From contig JAUPSS010000012.1 of the NCBI GenBank assembly GCA_040285825.1, positions 372,001 through 436,000 of the forward strand: a DNA stretch of 64,000 nt. Direction: 5' to 3'. Below the pieces are notes generated by a model that was given only the letters and a program-made list of their open reading frames with translations, was not told the origin of the DNA and made no database searches. The position numbers and the translations under genes were made by a program. This DNA is from Eukaryota sp. TZLM1-RC. Taxonomy: Eukaryota > Protista > Metamonada: BaSk clade. The stretch's first letter is position 1. Each line of letters opens with the position of its first letter. Below are positions 12,175-25,639 of this stretch, in pieces.

Positions 12175-12811
12175 GATGTTAGAAGAATGGGAAGAGTCAA
12201 AATAATCTCGCTGTCTGACACGACGTCTGACATGCTGATTGCGATATCAAAATGATTGCTAATTTCCACAATGGTATCAAATGCCCATCCACTGTATCTC
12301 TATTAGTGGTCATCAACATCAGCTCGATTTACCTTGTAGCTGTTTTGATCGTTGTTACTCCGTCTTACCTTTATTTTTTTTCATTTACCATCTTTTTCCT
12401 TTACCTCTTGTCCTTTTCCCATTCAGCTATCTTAACAAATCTCTTTCCCTCTCTGTTTCGACGGGACCTAAACGAATGCTTGTTTCCATTTGCCATTTAT
12501 GGAGATGTAATAAATCATATCAAGAACAGCATCGAAATTATGATTCCAATATGATCTTTCATGTGATATGTGATATTATCTCCAATATGGAGATAATTAG
12601 GTATTTTAATCAACAAAAAGTTTCCCATGTTATTAATCTGGATGGGTTTCACCATTTTGGCCTATCGTCGTCGCCCATCCTCTGATGTAATGAGTATGGC
12701 CAAGAAAAAAGCCTTGGAAGAGCTGCTGAAATAGGTAAAATCTGTTAATTTTATATACACTGAATCAAGATTCATCTTTGGTCACTGATTTTGCACAAAA
12801 GTTATAAAAAA

Positions 12812-13704
12812 ATTTTGAACCGTATTTTTATTGAGAAAAAAAATTCTATCCATTCAATATCTACTGTATTCAATATCCTGTAAATAAGCGTCACTTTTAC
12901 TAAACCTACTCACAGCATTTCGTTCATATTCTACACCAATAGCTCCAAGAGCCTTAGAAATCATTGTTGTTGGATTACAGTTGAAAACGCAAAAAAACAA
13001 TTCTATTTAACCAGAAGGTGCAATTCATTGTTTTACCAGACCTCTTCTGTAAAACTTTTTCGAAATTCTCAAAAAATGTAACCCTGAAGGTCCAATATTG
13101 CCAAAAGGAGAAATTGCAAACGGCACAAACTGATATTTCACATGTTCGACTCTAACTAACTGTGCCAATGGTTCTTCATATTTTTTTATTATCGGCGTTA
13201 GATAACGGCGAATCAGCGGAATACACTAAACCAGCAGCAGAATTTTTGCAAACATCAACTGAGACAACATCTACAACATTGAGAACACTATCGATCCCTC
13301 GAGCTACTAAATCTGCCCTTCTTTTACCAATGAAATCATCAGTTTGATCTGGAGACAGCTTATGCACTAATGGTTCAATAAATGCCTCTATATTGAAACT
13401 TTTGCCTATGTCATATAATTGATCACGAACTGAGTCATGAACAATTGAGCGATAAGTTATACAATATTTGCAGTTTAAAATATGGGAAAGCGTAACAACA
13501 CTCTTGCAGCGACAAATTAAATCATTTGGTAATGTACAAAACCATAGGAAACATCTCATTGTCATTACAGTGGTCCATTGGTGATTGTTGAGTAGAGGAC
13601 CGTAATTGTTAGGAATTTGGGAGATGAGGCAACTTGAGCAACTGTCTTCAAGATCAAGCAAAAAGTTTGCAAATACGGGAATTTATTCTTTAGCCAAGCA
13701 AAAA
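12812..13704 (-). mobile_element. 5'-truncated CRE-like non-LTR copy
   Basis: CRC..HILNC..HDSVRD knuckle and RRADL RLE motif. 17-bp TSD acaaaagttataaaaaa at 12795-12811 and 13705-13721. Confidence 0.85.
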
Positions 13705-14639
13705 ACAAAAGTTATAAAAAATGGGGGTTATTGTTGAGAAAATTTTACACAACAACTGAACAAAAGGACCAAAAAATGGTTGCTTATTAGTCGTCAATTT
13801 AAAGTTTCTCGACATCAATCCATAAATGTCAGCACGCTTGTGAAGTCTCCCAATATGAGTTTATTTCTACGGAAACATGGAGCATTGATTAGCGTGATGT
13901 CCGTTACTCATTATCATTTGATAACAACAATGGAGATTGTTGTGCAGAAATGAGGGTTAACATATAGACTTGAGAAAATTAAATGTTTACGTAGTAAAAA
14001 CCAACATGTGAAATTGACAAGAAGGCCACAAACCTCATCTCAATTTTATAATGATAACACATAGACAATCTCCCATGTTGCAGTCATAGTTCGATGGTAA
14101 TTGTGTAATACAGGAAGACAGTGAAACATCGCAAACACACACCAGGTTTTGTTTAAAAACTATTTGAAGTCAGATATTTAGCGAGTTTTGGCACGTTATA
14201 CTGTTTTGTAGTGACCATAACTTGTGGTTTTGATGACTAGAACCAAGGGATTCCCAAAACTGTTGATGAAATTGAAGCATGTTGTAAAGGAGCTAGATCT
14301 GTAGCTAAAATGTAGTTGTGTTTGTCTTTATCTCACACAAAACCAACAATTTATTTATTTTATGGATTTTATTTGATTACTGAGATTGTTTTGACCAATC
14401 ATCAGCTCCATTTTCTCCTGAAAATTGCTGAAAGTATGTGGCAAAAAACAACTCACTAGACCCTCTGAATTTACGCAAAAAGATGAGCTCAAGACGAATT
14501 GAACTTCACCACGGGTCTATGGAAAAATCATTTTTATAGAAGTTCATATATTCCACCGAGAAACTAAACAACAAAAATTCAAATTCTCAATCTTCATATC
14601 CCAAATCAACCAATGGAAAATTGACTGGAAGTTTTTCCT

Positions 14640-14950
14640 TCATAAAAACGACCAAGGAATAATAGAGCAGTAGACAATAAGGGATCAACACCTTTAAAAA
14701 TTGAAAATACAATTCTGTTCTGCCAAACTGTTTTGTCAAAAATTCTTCCTGCACGTTGTTTTACAATTTCAAAAAATCATCCAAGAAAGATAAAGCAAGT
14801 AGTTTAAGCGTGCCATGTAGTGAAAAGCAGAGGACATCATGAGTATGCGATTCAGAATTTCAATGATAGCAACTTTGCTTTGTATTCATCAGTTTTAGTG
14901 TTTTCAAAAACAAATGACGGATTCCTATATTTTGCTTGCGCTGGAATAAA
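14640..14950 (-). mobile_element. Degenerate CRE-like 3' fragment (approximate limits)
   Basis: Nucleotide similarity to 38990-39200 (cacctttaaaaattgaaaatacaattctgtt..tgccaaa). Confidence 0.7.
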
Positions 14951-15039
14951 AGAAATAGAGAATCCAATTTGATTGTTCAACTCTCCCCCACTTCCAAAAC
15001 TGCCATCTCAAATTTATATTCTAATCATTTTGTACTTCA

Positions 15040-15624
15040 ATGACAGTGTCTCCTAATGAAGCACTGATCCGTAAACGGAGGCGGCGATCATCTCCTAAAA
15101 TCTTTACTGGTGACCACGTAGACGTTTCCAATATACCTTCCTTTCGCAAGCTTATGCACAAGTTTGGAGACTCTCTTGTTCTTTTCTCATCCAACTGTCA
15201 CAAAGTCAACAAGAGAAACAAGACACAGGAACGTATAGTCGTAGTAACAGATCAGGCTGTCTACAATCTCATCCCAAGATCATACAAATGCAAGAGAAGA
15301 ATACCGTTATCAGACCTGACTGGAGTTTCACTCTCCACCCTGCCCGATAACTTCATTTCACTGCACTGTGTAGACTATGACTACCTCTTCATGTTGTCCC
15401 GCAAGACTGAGTTTGTCCACGTTATCCTCTCGAACGCCGTCACCCTTCCATCCAGTTTTAAGGTCAACCTCAACGACACCTTCATATACCGGGCTGATAA
15501 GACGAATCTGTTGAGAGAAGTGGTGTTTGAACCCGTGGAGACTGAGAATGGGAATGGGGTATCAACTCTTATTTTTACTGTTGCTGGAGTTCCAAATGCT
15601 GAAGAAGGGGGTGATTCTGAGTGA
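15040..15624 (+). CDS. Stand-alone myosin-I tail (TH1, PH-like) domain protein
   Basis: RRRSS..FTGDHV, KVNKRNKTQERIVVVTDQAVYNL, KRRIPLSDLTGVSLSTLPDNF and DYLF..KTEF are TH1 motifs. No motor domain or upstream exon seen. Confidence 0.8.
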   Translation: MTVSPNEALIRKRRRRSSPKIFTGDHVDVSNIPSFRKLMHKFGDSLVLFSSNCHKVNKRNKTQERIVVVTDQAVYNLIPRSYKCKRRIPLSDLTGVSLSTLPDNFISLHCVDYDYLFMLSRKTEFVHVILSNAVTLPSSFKVNLNDTFIYRADKTNLLREVVFEPVETENGNGVSTLIFTVAGVPNAEEGGDSE

Positions 15625-16295
15625 ACCCAATTGATCGGATATCTTGTGTATATTGTTTAGTCTTTGATTTATTGCATTAAAAAAAGTTTTCTTGATAAAA
15701 ATGGTTTTTATTTTATTTTTCAATTTTAGAGTTTATTATAAACCAACTGAAAAACAAAACCTCTGACAATACCAATCTTTGTTCCATAGCGAGTTATCAA
15801 CAATTTCATTAATGGGCAGAAGAAACAACATCATTTTTATTGTCTTTCACTACACAAAATAGGGTTTCGTATTATATACAAAAATATAGTTCTATTGTGG
15901 GGGAAAACTTAGCCATCGTACTTGGTTCATGGAGTTGCCATCCGGTTAAATAGCAGGGAGATCATTAAGCTGATTTTGGCAATTTGAGTTCAAATGAGAA
16001 CCCACTTCTCATCCATCTCTTTTAAATCCTTCAAATGTCAAATGCATTTACCCATCTCAAGTGAGTTTAAAATTTTGTGTTGGAAGAACCATCAAAGGCT
16101 TCAAACATACCAACTTTCTATCGATGTCTGATACATTTAGGAATTGTATAAGAGCAGCACATACGTGTGTCACATACTTTTACAATTACCCAAAAAATAT
16201 TCAAAAAAAGAAGGAAAAAACTATAAGTTTATGCTAAAAAAGACTAAAGTCAATAAATTCAAAAAAAATCCGCAAAAAACCAATCACAAAACTAA

Positions 16296-17560
16296 TTAAT
16301 TACTATTTCTTCTGGTCAATACACCAACAATAATCAAGAATAAAGGTGCAACCAACTCCAATCCAGCAGATGCCAAAAACGAAGCTCTGCCTCCCCCAAT
16401 ATCGTATAACCAACCTGATAAGAGTTGGCCACAAACACCTCCAATTCCCATGACAAACAAATTATACATGCTTCTCCCGGTCGTTCGTAACGAAGCGGGA
16501 ACTAAATGCTCCATGTACTCAATGCTTCCACAGTGGAATGTAGCAAAGGTCGCAGCGTGGAGGAACTGTGCAACGACGATGAGTAATGGTAAAGACGTAA
16601 AGATTGCCGTGATAAACCATCTTACAGCGCCCAACAACATGGATATACCAACAATACGTAACCAATTGGTTCCCTTTTTAAACCTTGAAAACAATACCAA
16701 TAACAAAATTTCACCAAAAACTGCCTAGAATAAATGATCTCGAAAACAAAACCTACCATTGACCAACCGTAAGAAGCAAAGGCCCCGGGAGACTCAATGT
16801 CCCGCATGTGTACAGAGAAAAGAAGAATATAAGATTGAAGGGAACACCAGTGGATGCTACCCGCTACAAGAAACAAGACTAGAATCTTATTCGAAAGTAA
16901 CCTCTTCGCATCCTGTAGTGACGGGATTTCGACACTTCCATGACTTGATTTTGAGTCTAGAAAAATTGCCACTATAACAGAAACAGCCAAACCAACCAGA
17001 CCAAATAATGGAATAGAAAGAGGTTTTTCGTAGCGAGAGTAGTATTGGCCGAAGGCAAGGTTAACAATGACGAAAAAGACAGAACCATAGATTCTGAGTG
17101 AAGAGTAAGTCTTGTTTGTTTGACGGGCTTCAGCGATGGCGAGACTATCAGAGAGAGGAATCAGCATGGCATTGAAGAGAGCGTATGCGCCGTAGCCTAA
17201 AATGAGAGTGACAACAGTATCAGCAAATAAAAGAAATGAAAGAAAGATCGTAGCAAGAGTAACACAATAGAGAAGTACTTTGTTGGCAGATTTGTTCTTG
17301 TCAGCCAGAAAGCCAACTGGTATGGTAAGGATGGAAGACAAAGGTCCCAGCATGATGGCAATGCTCATTTGGAAACCAGTGAGGTTGAATGAACTGAGAA
17401 ACACTGGACTATTAGGGATGAGGATACCTTGGGCAGCATAATATATAGAGTAGAAAGGCCTGATACCCAGTTTGTTGAAGGAAGATTTCTTGGGGGATTC
17501 TGTGGAAGTAGGGACATCGGGATGGTCTGATGTAATTTCAGGGAGTTGAACGTCAGCCAT
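16296..17560 (-). CDS. MFS transporter (MFS_1-like, HcaT/nucleoside:H+ symporter type); exons 17560-16757 and 16724-16296
   Basis: About 12 hydrophobic segments; motifs GFLADK, YSSLRIYGS, QFLHAATFA and LRTTGRSMY. A 32-nt GT..AG intron (16756-16725) joins the two ORFs in frame. Confidence 0.9.
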
Positions 17561-19098
17561 GTGTTGAAGTCAGAGAACAACCTAAACCTAGGTTGATTGA
17601 CCCAAAGGATATCGGATATCTACTTTTGCAATTTAAAATTCTCAAAAATGAGCTTCAAAAAACACAAATACTCTTAATCATACTTTGAATTCAAATTTTG
17701 TAGTAGGTTTTGCTGCAGTTCTACTTTGACACAAAATTCTACCGTCTCCAATTTAAAAATTTAGAATTGATACATGATTTTTAGAACAAAATTGTTGCAA
17801 TAGAAACATTGACAGCATACCTTTAAATCTCAAAAGTAAGCTCTCAATCCTCAAAAACAGACAAACCTAATCGTAATAGGTGTGATCTGCTGATGAACTA
17901 AATTCTACACATAGTCTAGTTATTGATAGTTAAACTTTCAACTAAATCTATGCTGATAATGGCGATTATTATATAATAATATAATAATCTATATTATATT
18001 GTTATATTATTAAGGGTTAATGGCGCTTAGTTCGATTGCTATCGATGTGAGACCAATTGGTCAAATTATTTTCTCACTTTCAAGTAACCAGATGGCACTT
18101 ACGATGAATTGGTGTTTCAATGGTACTAAGGCAGAAGAACAAGGCAAGTGAAACGTACATGGCGACATCAGTAGCTGATGTGATCAACTTGTTTCCAAGG
18201 TACTTAATGTTTACGAACCATCATCATTTATTATCTTAGTGATTCTTTATCACAAATAGCATATCTTCCTTGCACTATTTTGTTGCAAACTCAACACTCC
18301 TTTAACGATTATCAGCCAACGTTTCGTTACTAAATCAAGAGGAAAAGCAGCCAAAACAACACAATTGTTGGCTCAAAGCCATATTTAGTTAGTGTTTACA
18401 GTCATCACGTGATGCCACGTCATCAGTGATTCAATTAGATTCTTGTAAAATTTTTTTGCTTTATTCTCCCTCCTTGTGATAAACCTCTTGTTTTATTTGT
18501 CTGTTTATACAAGGATTCAATGCTAGCGAACCCAACACAATATTTCAATTGAAGACCAACTAAGTGACAATTTGATATTTCTGTAATTTCGTTATTCTAA
18601 AAATTCACTACTTTAAAATAACATTCAAGCTCGACAACAACATTTATCCAAAAAGCAAGAAAATAAACCAAATCTAACACTCAAGATTGATATTTTAGTC
18701 TATATCAACAAGACAGTGTAGTATCTGCAGAAAGGAAGGTCACAACAAGGCCCGTCGTCCAAAGAGGAAGTGAAAGTCGATTGACGTAATATGATTTTGT
18801 CTTTATGATAAAAAATTCAGTTATCAAGACAATCAATCAAATATAATGAGGTGATGGATTTGGAAAAAGACAACATAGGGTGGCGGAAAGAGAAATAATT
18901 GTGTCCAAAAAGTTGGATTTGAGGGAATTTTTAGTCCTACTGCCAGTAGTACTTTTAATCTCTTCCCATGTAAATGGAGACTCATCATTGTTTGATCACT
19001 TGACTTCTTTTCTGTGTTCCGAAATTCACCAATCAAAATGAGAAGATTCACGAAAGCTTGGACCTTAAACCACAAATTATTTTCACATAAGCTCATAA

Positions 19099-19138
19099 TT
19101 AATTAACTTAAACAACGACCGTTGTTTAAGTTAATTAA
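19099..19138. repeat. Perfect 19-bp inverted repeat with 2-nt spacer
   Basis: ttaattaacttaaacaacg-ac-cgttgtttaagttaattaa. Confidence 0.95.
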
Positions 19139-19799
19139 CTACGGTTCTTGTAGATTTTTAAAACACATTTGAGGTGATGTTTCATTACCTTTCTTTACTA
19201 CGCCATGACATTTGGTATCGTTATGAGAAATTGTGAATGTGTGGTAAATATGAAATTGAGTGTCAGGTAGTCTGTTGGTTTTTCGCATGATACTAAATGT
19301 TGTAGTTTTCCTACAAGCACTAACTTTCACCACGTTGTTATATGTTCTGAATATTTAATATCGACCAATGCCTGATAATAAACATGGTGAATGTTGTTAT
19401 AAAATGTGCAAGAATTTGAATTTCTTGCAAAAAGAAAACATGCACTTGTTTATAGCTCACAGTATGCAAATTACAAGAGATGAGGTGAGTATATTGGCCG
19501 TTGGACAGATCATCAAGATATCGTATTCAATTTGAAGTTGAATCACCGTGTTGGGATAAAAGTAATATGACAACAAGATCTAAAACCTCTTGTCTTCCAA
19601 GCCCCTTGAAATCTTTTATTCATGAGTTTTGTTTTGATTATTTCACTTGTTGAGAATCCTTTCCAGGTTTTAAATACCTTTTCATGAATGATGATGAAAA
19701 GTGCAAATTAAACCGTATTTATTAAATTATTGATTGCAAAAGAATGACATTAATTACTTTGTGAAAATTACTCATTTAATACATTGTTTATTAATTTTT

Positions 19800-20465
19800 T
19801 TTAAAATAAATCTTATTTATTGAATTTGCACACTTAATTAAAATAACTCATAACTAATAGGACGACTATCATTGAACCAAGATTTCCTCTACAAAATCTT
19901 GATCTGCTTGCTGTCTAGCTAAAGCTTCTCTTATTCGATTGGAAAACCGTGGTAATCTATTAATAATGGCAAATTGAATCCGTGAACGCCATAAAAAAAT
20001 ATCAAATCTTTTCATTGTTTTTTCTTGCACCATTTTTTGGAAGTCATTCAAAAAAGTTTCTGCTTCAACTGATAATCTTCCATTTATCGAAAATGGGAAA
20101 GCAATAAAAACCAGCTGTGTATTTCTATCGACATTAGACTCTTCAATATCTTTATTATATTTTCTATGTTTCTCTTTTGCTTTAAAATCCAGAGCAGCCA
20201 CAGGATTAAGTTTTCTTCTGTGAACCAAAGTATCATTTGCAACATTACATGAGACAAAGTCAACAATAGCTTCAGAATTATCAATCCAATCACAGTATAC
20301 ATCACCTCTATCATCAGAACCAAAATTATTCAGAGAAAGTGTTTCCTTCAGCAGGGGCTCTTTGATGCACGATATCCTTGCAGTTTGCGCCATATTGAAA
20401 ACAATGTCTCTAACAGCATCATGTAATGAAGAACGATATGTTATCAATTTAGAGCAATTCAGAGT
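19800..20465 (-). mobile_element. CRE-like non-LTR 3' fragment (family ending ..EEILVQ)
   Basis: HDAVRD, DDRGDVYCD..VDF, KEKHRKY, FPFSINGRL and WRSRIQF motifs. 3'UTR shared with 30600 and 45770. Confidence 0.85.
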
Positions 20466-20779
20466 TTATTAATACAATATAATCATTCATAATTTACCAA
20501 TACCTAATTCGAAAACCTGAGAGGATCAAAGAAAACACAAGCAGTGAACCGTCGTTCTCTTTAGCAGATGACGTCATCAACCCAGCCTTCCACGTCATCG
20601 TAAGCACCCTAACCCCAACCACATGCTGAGCAGACATGTTTCGATGGGTAGAACTCATCAGCTTTTGGCAGCCCCAGTAGACTATCATCCACAATGGTGT
20701 TTAGATACCTTATATAAATGTAACCCAGAACATGAATAAAAAGAGGAGAGGAGAGTCGCTGAGAGAAATAGTCAACTTA

Positions 20780-23700
20780 TGAAAGGACTGATAGTGAAAA
20801 TGATTTCCCAGAGGAGTTCTTTTTGAGAGACAAAAAGAAATTAAGGTTTTAAGGCGTTAATCTCGGCAAAGGCGGATTTGGGATGTCTTAAAGCAGAAGG
20901 GTGAATTACTTTAGCAGCGTCCTTATATGACAGGTTGTACCAGGTTATTGGTCCTAATTCTAAATCGGCTAAGTTAAGGTCGTTGAACAAACTAGAGAGG
21001 GAGTTTCCATGAACAGAGTTGGGGCGGAGTAGTGAACAACATTTTTCGATAGTGTTTTTTGTACAAGGAGTACTATTTCTGGTCTTTCTTTCTTTCTTTC
21101 CGGGGTTTTTCTTAGGAGAATCCAGGTTAGTACAAGATAAGTAATCAGCCCAAAAGTTTTTGGGACCTTCGATATGTACTATGTCGAATTCGAAAGATTG
21201 AAGGACTGGAATCTAGCGTAAGACTACGCGATTTTCATTGGGAGAGGACAAGAGATAAGATAAATTTTTATGATCGCAGAATATTGTGAGGTGTTTAGTC
21301 ATCAAAAAGGAGGAAAGGTTAGGCTGGTTTAAGGTCATCACTATGGCAAAGAGTTCTTTCTGCATAGTGAACCAGTTTCGTTGGAAGGCGGTTAAGATCC
21401 GGGACTAAAAGGATACGGGTGCTATTTTGCGTTTGGATAGGCAAGTTCCAGGTGGTGAAGGTTCAAGTTCCTTCCAAATGATTCCGGCGATGGCTTTATC
21501 AGAGGCATCTGTTGAGATCAGAATTGTAGAATTAGCGTCTGGTAAGGCAAGAGGGGTACTGTTAATTAACATGGTTTCAATGTTTTCAAAACATTTGATT
21601 TCTTTTTCACCGAGTTTAATCTTCTTCGGTTTCTTTTGTAAGACAGCGGTCAGGGGAGCAAGTTCAGCACTGACAGAAGGTAGCCAGTCGCGAATAAAGT
21701 TAATTGAACCTACGAAGGAACGTAGTTCAGGAACAGAAGTTGGAGGAGAAAGCTTGCTCAAGGTTTCGATTCTAGAAGGACATATTTTTCGAGTTCCATT
21801 CTCAAAAATGGTTCCTTAAACTTTGAAGTGGTCTTTAGTTTGAAAGGCGCATTTTTGGAGTCCTATGCGCACACGGTACTTTTGAGCTTATGCGAAGAGT
21901 TTGTCGAGTCTAGCAAGGATATCAGGTTTGGAGTTTGCGGCAAGAATTAAATCATCCATGTAGATAAATATTACATCTAAGTTCAATATTCTTTTCAGCA
22001 GATTTTGAAAAAACGCAGGGACATTCTTAAGTCCAAAGGAGGCGCGAGTGAACATCACTTTTCTTCCAGGTATTGAGATAGCAGTCTTTGGTTGATCGTC
22101 GGGATGAAGGTTTAGTTGCCAAAAGGCTTTGGGTAAGTCTAGGGCAGCAATGTAAGTTGCGTTTGAAAGAAATCTACATACATCAGAGATTCTAGGGAGA
22201 TCAGCGGGTATAGGTACGGTTTTGGCATTAATTCCGTCTGAACCAGAGTAATCGCCAGTGAGTCTGGGTGGTTTTCGTGGGGCTTGCACCAAACAGATGG
22301 GAGAAGAGAAGGGTCCATCGTAAGGGACGGCGAATCTATGTTCAATGAGTAAGTCGATCTGTTCGTTAGCGATGCGAAGCTTGTCGGGAGGTAAGTAGCG
22401 GGCGTTTTTCGAGACTATTTCAGATTCGTCATAGAATTCAATAGTCATTGGGGGGCAATCAATCCCACGGGAGTCAGGAAGTTTAGAAAAGATTTGAGGA
22501 TACCTTAGAAGGAGGTCTTTAATATTGTGAGTTAAAGATGAGTCGTCTAGCAGGAATTTAGCCTTGTTAAGGTCAGGCAAAGTTATATCAGTGGATACAG
22601 TGAAAGCAGGAGGCATGAATTGGTCGGGTACAGCGTTTTCGTCTTGAATAGATAAGTTTCTTTCTGTTAAGTTTATGAATTGGTAATTGTTGGTGAGTAA
22701 TCCAAGTGATTTCAAAAGATCACAACCTTTTAGGCAGGAATTAGGGCACTAAAGGACAGCTAAAGTAGTAGAGACATAAGTTAGTTTGGCAGTTCCACCG
22801 AAAGCGAAGGCAAGGGTTCTGGAGACTAGCTGGCATTCCACTGAGTTGTTATCAGCTGAGTTGAGTTTCAGAGAACTTCCAGTTGGTTTCAATCGAGCTA
22901 CCTTTACAAGGTCTCGAGGTATACAGGATATTGTTGTACCAGTATCGATCATTCCATAAATGATCTGATCTTTTTCAGCGAAGATTCGTAAGTGTAAGAG
23001 TTTCCGGTCCATGGGTTTATTAAGTTCTTTAAGAGGAATGAATATCTTCGGATTTGGAATAATAACAGAGGCATGACAACAATCAGAGGAATGGCAGGGA
23101 TTAGTGGTTGTTGAAGGAACTTTATTATCGTGATGATTTATATTACTCCTCTTAGTAAAAGAGCTTCCAAGCTCAGTTACTCCACCGTCGTGTTGAGCAC
23201 AGTCAGCGTACACCGGTTCCAAATCAGAGTCGAGGTCGGGATTAGCTTCCAGCGACAAGGATTTGTTGGATGAACCAGGAGCTTTTCCTAGCGGTACCAG
23301 AGAGGATGTATCTGTTCTAAGAGAAGTTGGTCTAAATTCATCAGATAAAGAAGCTTCCTTGGCAACACGAGATAAGGGTGTAAAAACAAAGGACGAGGAA
23401 GGATTAAGACAAGATGGTTTCGTCGGAGATTCAGGAACAGAAGAAGGATAAGAAGGGCAGGTAATGAGATCTAAGTTCTCAAAAAGTTCAGCGAATTCAA
23501 AGCAGTCCGAGTCAGAGAAATTTGTCTTGGGATAGAGGAGATGAGGGGAGACCGGATGCTTGTGTTTCTACGGTCGTCAGCTTGAGGCTTGTACTGGTCA
23601 GTAGGGATTTCAGCCTTTTCAGCTTCGGCGGAAAGAGGACGGGAACGGGAACTGGAACGGGGACGGGAACTAGCATGGGAGGCCATGCAAACGGCATAGA

Positions 23701-23946
23701 CCCTAAGCTCTTCATCAAACCGGGAGACAGCTTCTCGACCGGAGGCACGGAGGAAGGGAGCAACTAGGGTGAGATGATCCTTGGGATCCACAGTAATTAT
23801 TGTTGTGTTATGTGCACGAGGGAATAGCATAACAAACGAGGACATATGTTTATCTATGCAACACGGAAAATCAAGGATAAAATTACAACAATCTAATTAT
23901 AGCAGTGACACGTCATCACTTAAACTACTATGGCTAAGAGCCAACA
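20780..23946 (-). mobile_element. Truncated Ty3/Gypsy element (5' LTR, partial gag, PR, RT, RNase H; no integrase or 3' LTR)
   Basis: 146-bp TGTTG..CAACA LTR at 23801-23946; protease MIDTGTT; RT LDLPKAFWQ..FGLKNVP..YMDD; RNase H STDASD. Left limit approximate. Confidence 0.85.
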
Positions 23947-24950
23947 CATCTGAAGGATTAAGATTGTTTCGTTGAAACAAAGTGGCATTTGCAACATTAC
24001 AGGAGACAAAATGAACAACAACTTCAGAGTTGTCAATCCAATCACAGTAAATATTCCCTCTATCATCAGAACCAAACTTGCTTAATGACAGTGTTCGTCT
24101 AAGCAAATGCTCCTCAATACATGAGATTCTTGCATTTCTTGCCATATTGAAAACAGTGTCCCTGACAGAATCATGTAATGAAAAACGATAAGTTATCAAT
24201 TTTGAACAATTAAGAGCATGTCGCAAAGCGAGCGTTAATGAATTAGAACAAATACATGCTTCTTTCTTTAGAAGTTGGTCAATGGTAATATTCAAATATA
24301 ACCTCATATTTGTCACAAACGACTTATTATAGGCACATAGCCCAAATCTTGGTGGCACAATGGTGATAAATAGTGATGAGTCTCATGACTTATTCTCGCA
24401 GACGTCTCTTTCTTATAGTAATGAATGAGGATCATTCAGCCGACCTGTGAAAATTTATGACAAGATCATCTTCATACATCTTGGTCATCGTTTTTGTAAT
24501 GTTCAAAGCGTGTATTTTAGAATTATACAGTTCTTTTCTGGAGTTATACTATTGAATGATTGGGGAAAATTTTGACTATATTTTTATGAATCATTTTTTT
24601 AAAATTACTTCATTATATTGCAAAAAAAGTTGAACTTTGAGTTGTCACAAGTTTGCCTTCCTCCACAGTCCATTATCCCACCTATTTGCATTTTTTAGAT
24701 TGATTGTTACATTGAGTGAGTTGATGATGTTTTTTGGGGTTAACTTCTTCATCTCTTCAACAGCTACCCACTGTTTTCACAATCAATCTCATAAAATAAT
24801 TATATCTTTTCAAAGCTTTACTTAGTGTTCAATCAATTTTTGATGCAAACAGAAAAGTTTTCTTCAATTCTGCACGGAAGTCCATGTTATTTCAAAAGCA
24901 AAAGTTCAGTGGACTTGAAAATTTTGAAGTTCAAAATAGGACCAATTTTT
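23947..24950 (-). mobile_element. Degenerate CRE-like fragment cut by the Gypsy LTR (right limit approximate)
   Basis: CIC..HALNC..HDSVRD..DDRGNIYCD; similar to 47100-48050. Confidence 0.8.
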
Positions 24951-25102
24951 CAATTATTTTTTAATGCTTCGCATATTTATATATTTCGCATATATTTATA
25001 TACATAAATTGTGCTACTGCAAATCTTCTTCAAAAAAGCGTTAAAAATCATACAAATTCAGAAAAATTGAAGAAAAAACATTTATAATTAAATTTATTTA
25101 CA

Positions 25103-25639
25103 TTACTTTATATCAAATTTGACACCATATTCATCTAATGTTTCCTCCTCAATCAAAGTCGCCTGACCTCTATTGACTAACACGTCTACAGCTTTCAAAA
25201 TAATTTCATGGGGAACATTATGCAAAGGTGTACCCTCTCCTAATGAACCTTGGCGAAGTTCGTAAAGGGTGCAAATAGAGTTGTTATTACCAGAAGAAGT
25301 GATAATGTCTGTCACTATAGAGGCCCATTCATCAGGGGATTTGAAGAAAATGAGCAAGGTTTCTTTATTTGAGTCCAGCCATTCTGCTCTTTCTTGGGAG
25401 ATAAGGTGGCTGAAAACTTGTGAAATGGCTTCTGGAGAGAGTCGTCGGTTGATGGACGTGTTGTGAAAGAGTTCTGTATCAGAGGATTGAGAAATATTGA
25501 GGGTGAAAAGGGTATGATGTTTGCAATAATCAAGAATGAACTGGCTCCACAGGTTGAGCTGCTTAGTCAGTGAATCTCTTATGGGTTGTAACGTAAAGAA
25601 TGGTGGAAAGTTGTAAAACGAGGGAAACTCAAAGCTCAT
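25103..25639 (-). CDS. VPS25: ESCRT-II subunit VPS25
   Basis: FEFPSFYNFPPFFTLQP N-terminus, LFHNTSINRRLS, SPDEWA, CTLYEL and C-terminal GVKF. Confidence 0.95.
   Translation of the reverse strand: MSFEFPSFYNFPPFFTLQPIRDSLTKQLNLWSQFILDYCKHHTLFTLNISQSSDTELFHNTSINRRLSPEAISQVFSHLISQERAEWLDSNKETLLIFFKSPDEWASIVTDIITSSGNNNSICTLYELRQGSLGEGTPLHNVPHEIILKAVDVLVNRGQATLIEEETLDEYGVKFDIK

Noticed and set aside
12575-12597. 10-bp hairpin attatctcca-ata-tggagataat as a Helitron end for the Fanzor element
   Set aside because: AT-rich, no CTRR at the expected spacing and no Rep/helicase remnant; the element end cannot be defined.
18715-18727. AGTGTAGTATCTG, matching the U2 snRNA branch-pairing region
   Set aside because: No upstream GCTAAGATCA or stem I; it encodes QCSIC of a transposon-type zinc knuckle.
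20466-20780. Possible 3' LTR of the 20780-23946 Gypsy, and a ccctaacccc telomere-like seed
   Set aside because: No match to the 23801-23946 LTR and no TSD; probably scraps of other LTRs. The telomere-like unit is single.
23638-23670. Short GGAAC(G/T) tandem repeat; CRISPR-like arrays anywhere in the window
   Set aside because: It encodes an RS-rich gag low-complexity stretch; no repeat-spacer array was seen.
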